Positions 30,994-41,864 of a stretch of 64,000 nt of DNA are shown one piece after another (the first letter of the stretch is position 1; each line of letters begins with the position of its first letter). Where the stretch lies: assembly GCA_963787835.1 (NCBI GenBank), contig CAWBEI010000004.1, positions 256,001-320,000 of the forward strand, given 5' to 3'. This DNA is from Ignavibacteriota bacterium (lineage in GTDB: Bacteria; Bacteroidota; Ignavibacteria; Palsa-1295). The notes under the pieces were generated by a model. That model was not told the origin of the DNA. It did no database searches and was given only the letters and a program-made list of their open reading frames with translations. The position numbers and the translations under genes are program-made.

Positions 30994-32535
30994 TCATTTT
31001 GTTTTAATGAAACTAAGATGCGTGGGCAAGCTTCCGTCGCTTGCGTGCAGAAGAAGTATGTAATTGCCGTCCAGCAGGGAAGTGACATCAATTGGAATTG
31101 TCATGGAATGACTATTCGGAGTTGTAGAAATTCCCATCACTTCTCGGCCCAGCACATCCAAAATACTAATTTCGGAGATCGTTGTCTTCCCATTGCACCA
31201 TAACGTTAGCTCCTCGTTGCATGGATTTGGAGCGATCGCAAATCCTCCATTTGCTAACACGATTGTTACCCCTGCCGGCTGCGTTTCGTAAGCTCCGATC
31301 GATCGTGCCGCCAGCGAATAGGGTATGCCGGTATAATCCGTCACTGGCTCCGACTCAGGAAAACCCGCTCCGATGGCCAGGCTGCCAGCCTTCAGCGAAA
31401 AATCCCTATTCGATGTATCCGCAAATTCCGGATCGCCGATAATGGAACCCGATACATTTGCTCCCGGCAATTCCGACCAACCAATAGAAGCCGGATCGGG
31501 ATTCTTATAATCATGAAATAGATTGTTCTTGAAAAATTCGGTATTGTAGTTGAAGCTGTCCGACGCATTCATGTAGATACCATAAGGACTATAGGTGGTA
31601 AAAATGTTATTATACACGTAATTGCTGTCGAGCATAATACCGGTTTCGCTGGTATTCAGCGATCGGAATGCAAATTCCGTGGTCTTAAAGCAGGTATTAT
31701 TGAAAATGAAGGCGTGATGACAGGAACTCAGCCTCATCCCAGTCGTGCCTCCGATAAAAACATTCGCATAGACCATAATACTATCCGCCTCCCATGTTGC
31801 ACCGAGCGGACAGAAGAATTGAGGTCCCGTATCGCCGCCAACATCCACGCCATCGGCCTCGCAATTGATGAACAAGTTCTGCTGATAGGTAATATGCTTC
31901 GCTCCGCCTTTGCAATGGGAACCATCGCCAGGCATATTCTCGAATGTGCAATGGCTGACAAGTCCATTAATATCCGCATTAAGGCTGATTCCATCCGTGA
32001 TATTCGTTCCATCCTTGAACGTGCAATTCAGAACCTGAAAATTCTCGGTTCCATCAATTTTAAGACAGGCTCCCGTATTTTCTTTCCCGGTATTGTTTAG
32101 ATCGGTAAAATTACAATTCTCGATGATAATATCGTGATTCGAAGTAAAGCACGCATACTGATAATCGAAGAACAGCAGATGATAGACCTCAGCGCTATCG
32201 GCCCGGTCGTTGCCATATAAATTCAGTCCGGATATTTTCAGATATTGCGCCGCCTGGAAGGTATATTGCACATGGATCGAAACCGAATCTTGTTCGTAGG
32301 GCATAATGACTATCCACTTATCCGGCGTACCGATCAGGCTGTCGATCAAGGTATTGGCATCCGAATACGTGCCGGCATGGACGAAAATGGTATCGCCGGG
32401 ATGCACCACTTTGGCATTCGCCGCTGCGCCGATATTCGGATACGCCTGCCCCGGCCCAACTTGGATCTGCGCCCATCCGGAGATCGGAAGAAGCAGGGCA
32501 AATAAAAGCACGAAAGAGATTCGAAAAGTACTCAT
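30994..32535 (-). CDS. Secreted right-handed beta-helix (pectin-lyase-like) protein with T9SS CTD
   Basis: VGPGQAY...PGDTIFVHAGTY, repeated I.NC.F / NN.F rungs, GDPEF...DFSL.AGS.AIGAG, APNP...DVLG...GNYIL. Confidence 0.85.
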   Translation of the reverse strand: MSTFRISFVLLFALLLPISGWAQIQVGPGQAYPNIGAAANAKVVHPGDTIFVHAGTYSDANTLIDSLIGTPDKWIVIMPYEQDSVSIHVQYTFQAAQYLKISGLNLYGNDRADSAEVYHLLFFDYQYACFTSNHDIIIENCNFTDLNNTGKENTGACLKIDGTENFQVLNCTFKDGTNITDGISLNADINGLVSHCTFENMPGDGSHCKGGAKHITYQQNLFINCEADGVDVGGDTGPQFFCPLGATWEADSIMVYANVFIGGTTGMRLSSCHHAFIFNNTCFKTTEFAFRSLNTSETGIMLDSNYVYNNIFTTYSPYGIYMNASDSFNYNTEFFKNNLFHDYKNPDPASIGWSELPGANVSGSIIGDPEFADTSNRDFSLKAGSLAIGAGFPESEPVTDYTGIPYSLAARSIGAYETQPAGVTIVLANGGFAIAPNPCNEELTLWCNGKTTISEISILDVLGREVMGISTTPNSHSMTIPIDVTSLLDGNYILLLHASDGSLPTHLSFIKTK

Positions 32536-32646
32536 GGTTAATCAAACTAACAATATTTCACAAACAATGCCGTCATAAGATACTGCAATGGAAACAGGGC
32601 CAACATCTGTTTTTCTCACGGATCAAATTTTTAAGATTATACTATT

Positions 32647-33639
<993 letters not shown>

Positions 33640-33655
33640 ACGATTTTCGCCCGGA

Positions 33656-34507
33656 CTATTTTATCCCTTCTGTCTGAAGTGGACTTATTCTCACTGGTTC
33701 TAACACAACTACTTCTTTTGGTTTCAGTGCTCGATAGATCAGAGCCATATAAAACGGCTCATATTTGATGGTGAATACCAATGTGAGTAGGGCGAGGAAT
33801 AGCTGCATTGCTCCAAGGATTGATTTTGAGATTGGCAATGCGCTGACCAGTGTGCTCAACAAATGGGTCGGTATCCATGCTACGAATGCACATTGGAATA
33901 CGAAGAGCATATCCTTCCGCGCAAGCCGCCAGCTTTCACCGATGGCATCCATGGCAAGGCCGCTTTCCATGACGGCTGGGAGCGATAAATAGAGGAACAA
34001 AAAGGGTAGCGGACTTAGTATCTGTACATCGAATGGTTCCAATCCGGCATACTTGAGAATGGCTTCGAGGATACCAAGCGGTGCGGCCAGCAAAATTCCC
34101 ATGCGGAAGATCGCCCATGCGCGTTTGACAAATACCGGCTCCCGATCATCTACTGTTGCAAGTGCGATCTCCATAGCTCTTGCCAAGATCTTTGTGGAGG
34201 AATGGCCAAGCCAGATAAGATAGGTGCTCAGGAGTGCGAGTATAAAAAGGGCGAGTGCTCCAATCTTTAGAATGTTCCCAATGTCAGGGGTTGCATGTTT
34301 GGGTGTAGTATGTTGCGGAACGGGATTTCCAGAACGAAGAGCGAGGTACACAACCAAAAGAATGACGAACAGTATTATCAGGGGGCTGAACCCGAGGATC
34401 GACTGCCTCAACAGACGCGATGTTTCCCTTCTCTTTTCTCGCGCAAGCCGCAGCGCCTCTTTCAGAAGCTCCGGAATGGTGGGAAGGGAAGTGGGGTCGG
34501 GAATCAT
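33656..34507 (-). CDS. Hypothetical multi-pass membrane protein
   Basis: About six hydrophobic segments; PAVMESG..AMDAIGESWRL resembles GPDPase_memb/YciC-like membrane domains. Confidence 0.6.
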   Translation of the reverse strand: MIPDPTSLPTIPELLKEALRLAREKRRETSRLLRQSILGFSPLIILFVILLVVYLALRSGNPVPQHTTPKHATPDIGNILKIGALALFILALLSTYLIWLGHSSTKILARAMEIALATVDDREPVFVKRAWAIFRMGILLAAPLGILEAILKYAGLEPFDVQILSPLPFLFLYLSLPAVMESGLAMDAIGESWRLARKDMLFVFQCAFVAWIPTHLLSTLVSALPISKSILGAMQLFLALLTLVFTIKYEPFYMALIYRALKPKEVVVLEPVRISPLQTEGIK

Positions 34508-34657
34508 AAATGTTCTGCCATTGATTCAGATTATAACGACGTAAATTATTGATGCGACGATCTTTATAAATGTTGGATTTTCATATTTAGTGCCGAAGGA
34601 CAAACCGGGACTTAATCATGAGGCGCAATGTTTTAGGATAAGCAGTATCAATCGTCT

Positions 34658-35167
34658 ATGAAATCAACTATTTTTCTATTTGCTGTAGCGTTTAGTATGA
34701 GCGGGAATGCATTTGCCCAAAAGGTTGAGGATAGAATGACGCCAGCTCAGCTTAAGACCCTGTTTCCTCAGTATTCAAAGATGTTCGATGATTCGGGTAT
34801 TGTCGCGATGGATTCATCAGATCATTTCTACTTTCACGGTGTGAAGGGTGAGGCGGACTTCATGTTCCAATTTGGCCATCTCAAGTGGTTTCGATGGGTT
34901 TATTCGAATGGGAAAAAACCATTTACACTTTTGACAAAAAAGGATCGGAAAAAATTATCTAAAGTATTCAAAGGATTAATTGCCGATTATGGGCCTTTTC
35001 AAGTACAAACTACTTTTGGTGATTTCTATTGGCGAATGCCACGTGCTAACGTTGCCTGTAATTATTCCGCTCGAGATTTTAGGTTTGGGGTTTTTGACAG
35101 CGCATTTGTAAAAATGATGTTCGCCCCCACCCCGAATCAGCATGACTCAATCGCTGTAAAACGTTAG
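34658..35167 (+). CDS. Hypothetical secreted protein
   Basis: Signal peptide MKSTIFLFAVAFSMSGNAFA-Q; no recognisable family. Confidence 0.65.
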   Translation: MKSTIFLFAVAFSMSGNAFAQKVEDRMTPAQLKTLFPQYSKMFDDSGIVAMDSSDHFYFHGVKGEADFMFQFGHLKWFRWVYSNGKKPFTLLTKKDRKKLSKVFKGLIADYGPFQVQTTFGDFYWRMPRANVACNYSARDFRFGVFDSAFVKMMFAPTPNQHDSIAVKR

Positions 35168-35184
35168 CGTATCGCAGGTCACTC

Positions 35185-36414
35185 TCAATGCTTCCCATTC
35201 TGATGCATCCCTTCATGCATCCCTGTCAAAATATGGCCCAGCTTTTTGCGCTTGGTTTCTAAGTAACCGGCGTTCCGTGCGTTCGCGGGAATTTCTATGG
35301 GAACTCGCTCGACGATTTCGAGGCCATAGCTTGAAAGTCCCACCACTTTTTTCGGGTTGTTCGTCATGAGGCGCATTTTGCGGACACCGAGATCGGCCAG
35401 CAGTTGCGCGCCCAATCCGTAATCGCGCAGGTCGGCTTTGAATCCCAGCGCCTCGTTCGCTTCGACGGTATCCGCGCCTTCTTCCTGCAATTTGTAGGCG
35501 CGCAGCTTGTTCGCCAACCCGATTCCGCGACCCTCCTGACGCATATACACCACCACTCCGCGCCCCGCTGCTTCGACCATCATCATCGCGGCGTGAAGCT
35601 GATCCTGGCAATCGCAGCGCAGGGAACCCAACGTATCGCCGGTGAAGCACTCGGAGTGAACGCGCACCAGCACCGGCTCGCCGTTTGCAATATCGCCTTT
35701 CGTGAGCGCAATATGCTCTTTGCCATCTACTTTATTTTCGTACAGATGCAAACGGAAATCGCTGTATTCCGTGGGAAGGTTCACTTCGACGATCTTGTGC
35801 ATCAGCTTCTCCCGCGTCATGCGGTACGCGATGAGATCCTGCACGGAGATAAGCTTGAGATCGAATTCCTCGGCAAACTTCACAAGCTCCGGCATCCGCG
35901 ACATGGAACCATCCTCGTTCATCACTTCACACAGCAGCGCGATGGGTTGGAAGCCCGCCATGCGCGCCAGATCGACTGCAGCCTCAGTATGTCCCGCGCG
36001 GCGCAGCACGCCTTCATCCACAGCGCGAAGTGGGAAGATATGTCCCGGTCGTGCAAAATCATGTCCGACGGTCTTTGGATTTGTCAGCGCGAGAACCGTT
36101 TTTGCGCGATCGCTGGCAGAAACGCCTGTCGAAGTTCCATACAGATAATCGATGCTGACGGTGAATGGAGTTCCATGCCGCGCCGTGTTCACATCCACCA
36201 TCATCGGAAGATCAAGCTCAGCAGCGCGCGCTTCGGTGATCGGCGCGCAAATAATTCCACTCGTGCGGCGCAGCATGAACGCGATCATCTCCGGCGTAAC
36301 CATTTCTGCCGCCGCGATGAGGTCGCCTTCGTTCTCGCGGTCTTCGTCATCGACAACGATGACCATCCGCCCGCGCCGGATGTCTTCAAGGGCTTCGTTG
36401 ATGGTGTTTAGCAT
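35185..36414 (-). CDS. ribBA: Bifunctional DHBP synthase / GTP cyclohydrolase II
   Basis: [56 protein letters not shown]. Confidence 0.97.
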   Translation of the reverse strand: MLNTINEALEDIRRGRMVIVVDDEDRENEGDLIAAAEMVTPEMIAFMLRRTSGIICAPITEARAAELDLPMMVDVNTARHGTPFTVSIDYLYGTSTGVSASDRAKTVLALTNPKTVGHDFARPGHIFPLRAVDEGVLRRAGHTEAAVDLARMAGFQPIALLCEVMNEDGSMSRMPELVKFAEEFDLKLISVQDLIAYRMTREKLMHKIVEVNLPTEYSDFRLHLYENKVDGKEHIALTKGDIANGEPVLVRVHSECFTGDTLGSLRCDCQDQLHAAMMMVEAAGRGVVVYMRQEGRGIGLANKLRAYKLQEEGADTVEANEALGFKADLRDYGLGAQLLADLGVRKMRLMTNNPKKVVGLSSYGLEIVERVPIEIPANARNAGYLETKRKKLGHILTGMHEGMHQNGKH

Positions 36415-36439
36415 GGATGAGAATGGAAAAAATTAAATG

Positions 36440-36567
36440 GTCATTGCGAGAAGGGAATTGCGAAGCGGAGCGCAGCAATTCCCGACGAAGCAATCTCACT
36501 CTGAAGAGCAAGGGATTTCTTCGTCGAGCATTCTCCGCTCCGCTACGAATGCTCTCCTCGCAATGAC
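36440..36567. repeat. RPE-like palindromic element GTCATTGCGAG...CTCGCAATGAC
   Basis: 11-bp terminal inverted repeat, internal GAAGCAATC and nested hairpins; lies between yajC and ribBA. Confidence 0.85.
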
Positions 36568-36590
36568 GTGATAGTCGATAATGACATGGG

Positions 36591-36956
36591 TTACGCTGCA
36601 GGTTTATCCGCGTTCTTTGGTACCACAGTTCCCAGCGCATTCTTTTCGATACGGATCTTTGTGTTATCTGAAACCTGCAGCAGCACGGTAGTGTCTTCAA
36701 CTTGCGCGACCGTACCATGAATACCATGCGAAGTGATCACTTTATCACCCTTTTCAACGGCCTTGACGAGTTCTTCACGCGCTTTCTGGCGTTTTTTCTG
36801 AGGGCGATAGATAAGAAAATAGAAAATAAAACCAATGAGGATGATGGGGAGGAATTGCATTATTGGATCGGTTTGCGGTCCGCCGGAAGCGCCGCCGCTT
36901 GGCGGGGACATCAATAGTTGCCAGTGTTGGAGTGTGAAAAGGGAGGAGAACGTCAT
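36591..36956 (-). CDS. yajC: Preprotein translocase subunit YajC
   Basis: IFYFLIYRPQKKRQK...KGDKVIT.HGIHGTV. Confidence 0.95.
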   Translation of the reverse strand: MTFSSLFTLQHWQLLMSPPSGGASGGPQTDPIMQFLPIILIGFIFYFLIYRPQKKRQKAREELVKAVEKGDKVITSHGIHGTVAQVEDTTVLLQVSDNTKIRIEKNALGTVVPKNADKPAA

Positions 36957-37199
36957 GTGAATACGGAATATGGTTAAGAAAACGGCTAAATTATTTGTAT
37001 AATGCTATTTTTCTATGATAGCTTAACGAAAACAGAAAAAAGGGGCGAATCATTCTATGATGAATGCACTGTTTTGGTCATCGTGTACCAAGGGGAACTG
37101 CTATTTGTTATATCGTTTCGTCCATGAATGACAGGACGGATTCATTCACAGGAACGTACTCAAAATCACTCGATTTTTACGATTGTTTCGACTACCACA

Positions 37200-37667
37200 T
37201 TGAAACTCACCGATTATCTCAAACCTGATTCGATCGAGATCGGCATCGCCGCCGATTCGAAAGAGGCGTTGCTTGACGCCATTCTCAAATTAGCGGATAA
37301 GAATCCGCATGTTCTCGACGCCAAAAAGGTGCATGCCGCCGTATTTGAGCGCGAAAAGATCATGTCCACTGGCGTCGGGAAGAACTTCGCGATCCCGCAC
37401 GGTAAGACGGATGCGGTCGATGATATTGTCCTTGCCTTTGCAACAACGGCCCAGCCCGTCAATTATGGTTCGATGGATAACGAACCAGTGCGGCTTGTAC
37501 TGTTGCTTGTGAGCAAGGAGAGCCTCGTGAGCCAGCGGCTGAGCCTACTCAGCCGCGCCTCCAAAGTGATGAACTCCGATGCCGCCCGTACCGCGCTCAT
37601 GAATGCCAAAACGCCCGAAGAAGTGATCTCCATTTTCAATCAGGAAGAAGCGCGCATTGGAGAATAA
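37200..37667 (+). CDS. PTS EIIA (Ntr/fructose-type) domain protein
   Basis: REKIMSTGVG..FAIPHG phospho-His motif, D.EPV.LV.LL; likely TTG start at 37200 (ORF open from 37128). Confidence 0.9.
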   Translation: MKLTDYLKPDSIEIGIAADSKEALLDAILKLADKNPHVLDAKKVHAAVFEREKIMSTGVGKNFAIPHGKTDAVDDIVLAFATTAQPVNYGSMDNEPVRLVLLLVSKESLVSQRLSLLSRASKVMNSDAARTALMNAKTPEEVISIFNQEEARIGE

Positions 37668-38985
37668 GTTGTCCAAAGCTGAACAGCTCCAGGCTCCTCG
37701 TGGGACGAAGGATATTCTGCCTGCCGAAGCCGCAAAATGGCGCGAGATCGAACGGGCCGTCGATGATGTGGCTGCGCTCTTCGGCTATGGGGAGATCCGC
37801 ACGCCTGCGTTCGAACAACTTCGCCTTTTTAAGCGAGCCGTTGGTGAAGAAACGGATATTGTTTCGAAAGAGATGTTCCTCCTGCAATCGAAATCGGAGG
37901 ATGAAGAATTTGCTTTGCGTCCGGAGTTGACGGCCCCCGTTGTTCGCGCAGCCATCGAACATGGAATACTCACAGGACAATCAGATTGCTTACGACTTTA
38001 TTATAATCGAGCCGCAAATTTTCGATACGAGAAACCGCAGAAGGGAAGATTCCGCCAATTTCACCAGTTCGGTACAGAATTGCTTGGGCCGGATAGTCCG
38101 CTTGCCGATGCAGAGACGATCTCCTTCGCCATTGCAGTCTATCGAAGGCTTGGACTTTCAAATTTTAAGGTAAGACTTAATTCCCTCGCATCGCCATCGG
38201 CACGAGAAGAGTGGAAGCGAATTCTCGTTGATTATCTGCGCCTGAATCTCGACTTACTCTCGGATGAGAGTAATCGCCGCACCGAGACGAACCCCATGCG
38301 CGTGCTCGATTCAAAAGACGAACGCGATCAGGGCGTGATAAGCGGTGCGCCGTTGCTTTCGGAATATCTTTCAACCGATGACCGCTCACATTTCGAGAGT
38401 CTGCAAAATTTGCTTCGAACAGTAGGTATCGAGTTTAACGTCGATCCACTCCTCGTGCGCGGCATTGATTATTATACTCGCACCGTATTCGAAATAACTT
38501 CCAGCGATCTCGGTTCGCAGGATGCGCTGTGTGGCGGCGGACGATACGATAATCTTGTCGAGCAATTGGGAGGTCACGCCACGCCGGCCATTGGCTTCGG
38601 CGGGGGGATGGAACGGTTGCTCATCGCGCTTGAAAATCCTGTGGAACGAAAGCGATCGGCCCGTTCGAACACTTCCATTTTCGTTGTCGCGCTTAGCGCA
38701 TCTGACGCGCTCGCGCCGTATCGCATAACGCCGGTTCAATTGCAAGCGTTTGCCACGACGAGCGAACTTCGCGCATCCGGATTCATTGCGATGATGGACT
38801 TAAATGGCCGCTCGATGAAGGCCCAAATGCGCGAGGCCAACCGCGTGGAAGCATCGTTCACATACATTATCGGAGAGAACGAGCTTTCCGAAGGCGCAGG
38901 GATCCTGAAGGACATGCAAACTGGAGATCAGGAAAATGTGGCGTTCGATGCCGTTGTTGCCCGCATATTAGCACACACTTCTTAA
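37657..38985 (+). CDS. hisS: Histidine--tRNA ligase
   Basis: PRGTKD, LRPELTA, FRYEKPQKGRFRQFHQ, LVRGIDYY, GGGRYD, G.ERL. Confidence 0.97.
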   Translation: MENKLSKAEQLQAPRGTKDILPAEAAKWREIERAVDDVAALFGYGEIRTPAFEQLRLFKRAVGEETDIVSKEMFLLQSKSEDEEFALRPELTAPVVRAAIEHGILTGQSDCLRLYYNRAANFRYEKPQKGRFRQFHQFGTELLGPDSPLADAETISFAIAVYRRLGLSNFKVRLNSLASPSAREEWKRILVDYLRLNLDLLSDESNRRTETNPMRVLDSKDERDQGVISGAPLLSEYLSTDDRSHFESLQNLLRTVGIEFNVDPLLVRGIDYYTRTVFEITSSDLGSQDALCGGGRYDNLVEQLGGHATPAIGFGGGMERLLIALENPVERKRSARSNTSIFVVALSASDALAPYRITPVQLQAFATTSELRASGFIAMMDLNGRSMKAQMREANRVEASFTYIIGENELSEGAGILKDMQTGDQENVAFDAVVARILAHTS

Positions 38986-39009
38986 TTTTTCATTCTTAAT
39001 TCTTAATTG
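38979..39009. repeat. AT-rich heptamer-type repeat overlapping the hisS stop codon
   Basis: TTCTTAATTTTTCATTCTTAATTCTTAATTG; 20 bp identical to 28820-28839. Confidence 0.7.
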
Positions 39010-39011
39010 AC

Positions 39012-39938
39012 ATGGAGCCATTACCACCAGTAAAAGAGGTCGAATATCGCTGTTATATCGGCAAAGTGTTCGAGGAACTTTCGGGAACCGAGTTCATGAC
39101 CTTCGCCTTCGAGACTGCGAAGGAATTCTCGAGCTTTCGCTACGAGATCGCCGTGCGATACCGCATTCAGCCGGGGCTGCTCGAGTTCAAAGTGCTTGGC
39201 ATGACGGCCACGCGCACGATGATGCCGGCCTTCGGTACGGCTCGCTCCGTGCTTAAGGTGCCGTTGCTGCCATTGGGGGTCTATACGGTGAAGCTCATCA
39301 AGAGCGACGACACCGAGAATATTTTCACTATAGAGGTCTCGAAGAAGGGATTTCAGATATTACTTCCCATTCCGCGCAAGCGATTTATCGATCTAGTCAT
39401 CGAGGATAAGGCTGCGGCACCGAACGCGCGTCATGTCTCGACGGTTTCGAAAGCGCCGCCTACACCGCTGGTGCCGCGCACGATCCAGAAGCGCGCGCCC
39501 GGCATGTTAGATGGCGAATCTGCGGAATATAACGATGCGCCGGAAGAACAGGAGGTCGATGAGGAGGAGGCATTATTTGGAGAGAGCACGAAACCGAAGA
39601 GCGGCGCAAAGCATGTGATCGATGAGATCCAGGAAGTTCCGGAAACCGTGAAACCTGCCCCGAAGGCAGAGCCAAAGCCTGAAGCAAAAGCTGAACCGAA
39701 GGCCGAGGCAAAGGCAGTGAAAACAACTGTTACGAAAGCTAAGGCCGATAAACCGAAAAAGGCTGAGACAAAACCAGCTAAGGTTGCACACGTTGCAGCC
39801 AAAGCTGCTAAGAAACCGGCGGCAAAAGCGAAGCCAAGCGCTCCCGCGAAAAAAGCTGCACCCAAAAAGAAACCCGCGCCAAAACCAAAGGCTTCACCTA
39901 AAGCAAAACCTGCAAAAAAGAGCGGAAAGAAAAAGTGA
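39012..39938 (+). CDS. Hypothetical protein with an acidic linker and a histone H1-like Lys/Ala/Pro tail
   Basis: ~130-aa globular N-terminus, EEQEVDEEE stretch, ~95-aa AKK/PAK-rich tail. Confidence 0.8.
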   Translation: MEPLPPVKEVEYRCYIGKVFEELSGTEFMTFAFETAKEFSSFRYEIAVRYRIQPGLLEFKVLGMTATRTMMPAFGTARSVLKVPLLPLGVYTVKLIKSDDTENIFTIEVSKKGFQILLPIPRKRFIDLVIEDKAAAPNARHVSTVSKAPPTPLVPRTIQKRAPGMLDGESAEYNDAPEEQEVDEEEALFGESTKPKSGAKHVIDEIQEVPETVKPAPKAEPKPEAKAEPKAEAKAVKTTVTKAKADKPKKAETKPAKVAHVAAKAAKKPAAKAKPSAPAKKAAPKKKPAPKPKASPKAKPAKKSGKKK

Positions 39939-39981
39939 AATTAGTGCAACGTCACTAACAAGCCGTTATACATTCGGACCA

Positions 39982-40061
39982 TGTCATTCCCGCGAAAGCG
40001 GGAATCCAGATTGCTTCGTTATGCTAACACCGAATGGATTCCCGCTTTCGCGGGAATGACA
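39982..40061. repeat. dRS3/RPE-like palindromic element, copy 2
   Basis: Same 27-bp arms as 8957; core GATTGCTTCGTTATGCTAACACCGAA. Confidence 0.9.
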
Positions 40062-40092
40062 GTTCTTGGATGTTTACATTCTTAGAATGTGA

Positions 40093-40494
40093 TTACTTCC
40101 AACGGAACCGGAACGTCACGCTGGTGCCATCGTGGGAGGATTCGATGGAGGAGTCGCTGGTAAGGGCTTTCAGGAGATACACGCCGCGTCCGCCGGGGCG
40201 ATGAAGATAGGGGCCGTTGGTTGGGTCGGGCACCAGTTCGGGCACAAAGCCCGCGCCACGGTCGCGAACGGTAAAAGCTATCTCGTGGTCTTCGGTTTTA
40301 CACTCGAGCTTCACCTTGCTGGTTCGGCATTCTTTGCATCCGTGGCGGATGGCATTCGTTACACACTCGGAAAGCGCAAGCAACACGTTATGGCGAAGCT
40401 CGTTGGGCACGCTGGCGCGGTCGAGCTGACGCCGAGTCCACTCGTGAACTTGTTCCAGTTCATCTAATCTGCCCGGTATGAGCAAATGATCCAT
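40093..40494 (-). CDS. RsbW-like anti-sigma factor / HATPase_c_2 Ser kinase
   Basis: LALSECVTNAIRHG, VRDRGAGF, PDPT, GGRGVYL. Confidence 0.88.
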   Translation of the reverse strand: MDHLLIPGRLDELEQVHEWTRRQLDRASVPNELRHNVLLALSECVTNAIRHGCKECRTSKVKLECKTEDHEIAFTVRDRGAGFVPELVPDPTNGPYLHRPGGRGVYLLKALTSDSSIESSHDGTSVTFRFRWK

Positions 40495-40529
40495 GAGAGA
40501 TAGCGATGAGTTCTTACAACGGTGAGTGG

Positions 40530-40856
40530 TTACTGCGTGCTTTGCTTTATTCGCGCCAATTCCTGCATCAGATCCATCAGCTTTGCCATTCCTGAGGGTG
40601 AAATCTCGAGAAGGTCCGCTGCACCGGAAAAGCCCTGTTCGCCAGCCTTTTGCAAAATTGTACGCACCTTATCTACGGCGTCCTTAAAAGATTGTTGCAG
40701 TCTGGAAAACCCTTCGGCCTTTGGCCCCTCGCGCTGCATGAGCTGAAACGTCTTATGGGCGAATGTCGCATAGAAAGCTAGCTCATGCTGTAAGCCTGGC
40801 TCACTCGAGAGGGAATCGAGCAGATCTTGAGCGACTTTGGGATTTTCGAGAGGCAT
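40530..40856 (-). CDS. Hypothetical helical protein
   Basis: 108-aa ORF co-oriented with its neighbours; no family recognised. Confidence 0.65.
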   Translation of the reverse strand: MPLENPKVAQDLLDSLSSEPGLQHELAFYATFAHKTFQLMQREGPKAEGFSRLQQSFKDAVDKVRTILQKAGEQGFSGAADLLEISPSGMAKLMDLMQELARIKQSTQ

Positions 40857-40872
40857 AATGTGACCATTTTCA

Positions 40873-40953
40873 TGTCATTCCCGCGAAAGCGGGAATCCAT
40901 TCGGTGTTGGCTATAACGGAGGAATCTGGATTCCCGCTTTCGCGGGAATGACA
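40873..40953. repeat. dRS3/RPE-like palindromic element, copy 3 (inverted relative to copy 2)
   Basis: Same arms; core TTCGGTGTTGGCTATAACGGAGGAATC is approximately the reverse complement of the copy 2 core. Confidence 0.9.
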
Positions 40954-40962
40954 GCCAGATCT

Positions 40963-41676
40963 TTAAGCCACAGTCTCCGCTGGTGCAGGTTCCGCCACCG
41001 GAGTTGCCTCTGCAGCGGCGGAACTACCGCTTGCTCCCCGTGCGGTTTCTACGAACGCAAGAAGCTCATTATTGTATTTGTCCCAGATGGCGGGCTCCAT
41101 ATCTGCAACAATGGTGCGGAGGGCCTCCGAGGTGTTCGGTTTTGCCGTCACAAGTTCTTCAAGCTGGCGGTTATTGAAAAAGCTGTATGGCTTAACACGC
41201 GCTTCACGTGCGCGGGTATTGCGCCACTTACGGACGGCATCGAACAGAGGGAAATCCGCATCGGCGATCTGCGGCTTGTAATCCTCGGCGACGGCTTTCT
41301 CCACTTTGGCGGCGGGAGCAACAGAAATGGAGCGCTGATTTCCATTCGACCCAGATGATCGTTCAGAACCCGACGATCGCTCCGAAAACTTCCGTGGCTG
41401 GCCTCCGGCTGCAAATGTGCGATTATGCTCCATGGATTGTGCTGGACGGCTTTCCACTGCCGGACGCTGTTCGTAGGCAACGAATACATTCCACACACCA
41501 AGGATGATCGGGGAGCCATCGGCGGAGGGAAGTGCTGTCGATGGAGTGAAATTCGCAGACCAATGCCGGACCGTTTTGCCTGCGAGGAATTCGTTCATCG
41601 CATGTTCGTCGGTATCGTTGTGAATCTGAAAGGTCTTGATCTGAATATCGGACGATGAAAAATTAGTGTGCGCCAT
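40963..41676 (-). CDS. Stand-alone HRDC domain protein
   Basis: LFDAVRKWRNTRAREARVKPYSFFNNRQLEELVTAKP.T.EAL is an HRDC pattern; likely start ATG 41676. Confidence 0.82.
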   Translation of the reverse strand: MAHTNFSSSDIQIKTFQIHNDTDEHAMNEFLAGKTVRHWSANFTPSTALPSADGSPIILGVWNVFVAYEQRPAVESRPAQSMEHNRTFAAGGQPRKFSERSSGSERSSGSNGNQRSISVAPAAKVEKAVAEDYKPQIADADFPLFDAVRKWRNTRAREARVKPYSFFNNRQLEELVTAKPNTSEALRTIVADMEPAIWDKYNNELLAFVETARGASGSSAAAEATPVAEPAPAETVA

Positions 41677-41806
41677 GAAGAGGATGTTGAATATTTGAGA
41701 TTGGAATGGAAACTGGTAAATTCGGGCAATCACTCCCCGGTATGCCGCTATTTTGAACCGATTGCTATATCCACAAAAAAAATCTTGCCCAAATCAAAGA
41801 TTTTTT

Positions 41807-41831
41807 TGTAACCCGAGCGACCCTGTGCGTT
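41807..41831 (+). promoter_or_regulatory. ECF-sigma-like promoter TGTAAC-N15-CGTT
   Basis: ~35 nt upstream of the 41865 gene; similar motif at 49524; adjoins the inverted repeat AAAAAAATCTT/AAGATTTTTTT. Confidence 0.4.
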
Positions 41832-41864
41832 TTAACTATAGGGGATGTTTCCTCTGTTGGTTAA

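Noticed and set aside
35404-36411. Long antisense ORFs (335 aa opposite ribBA; also 1362..2276 and 32698..33522)
   Set aside because: These are shadow frames of well-conserved genes, with no motifs of their own.
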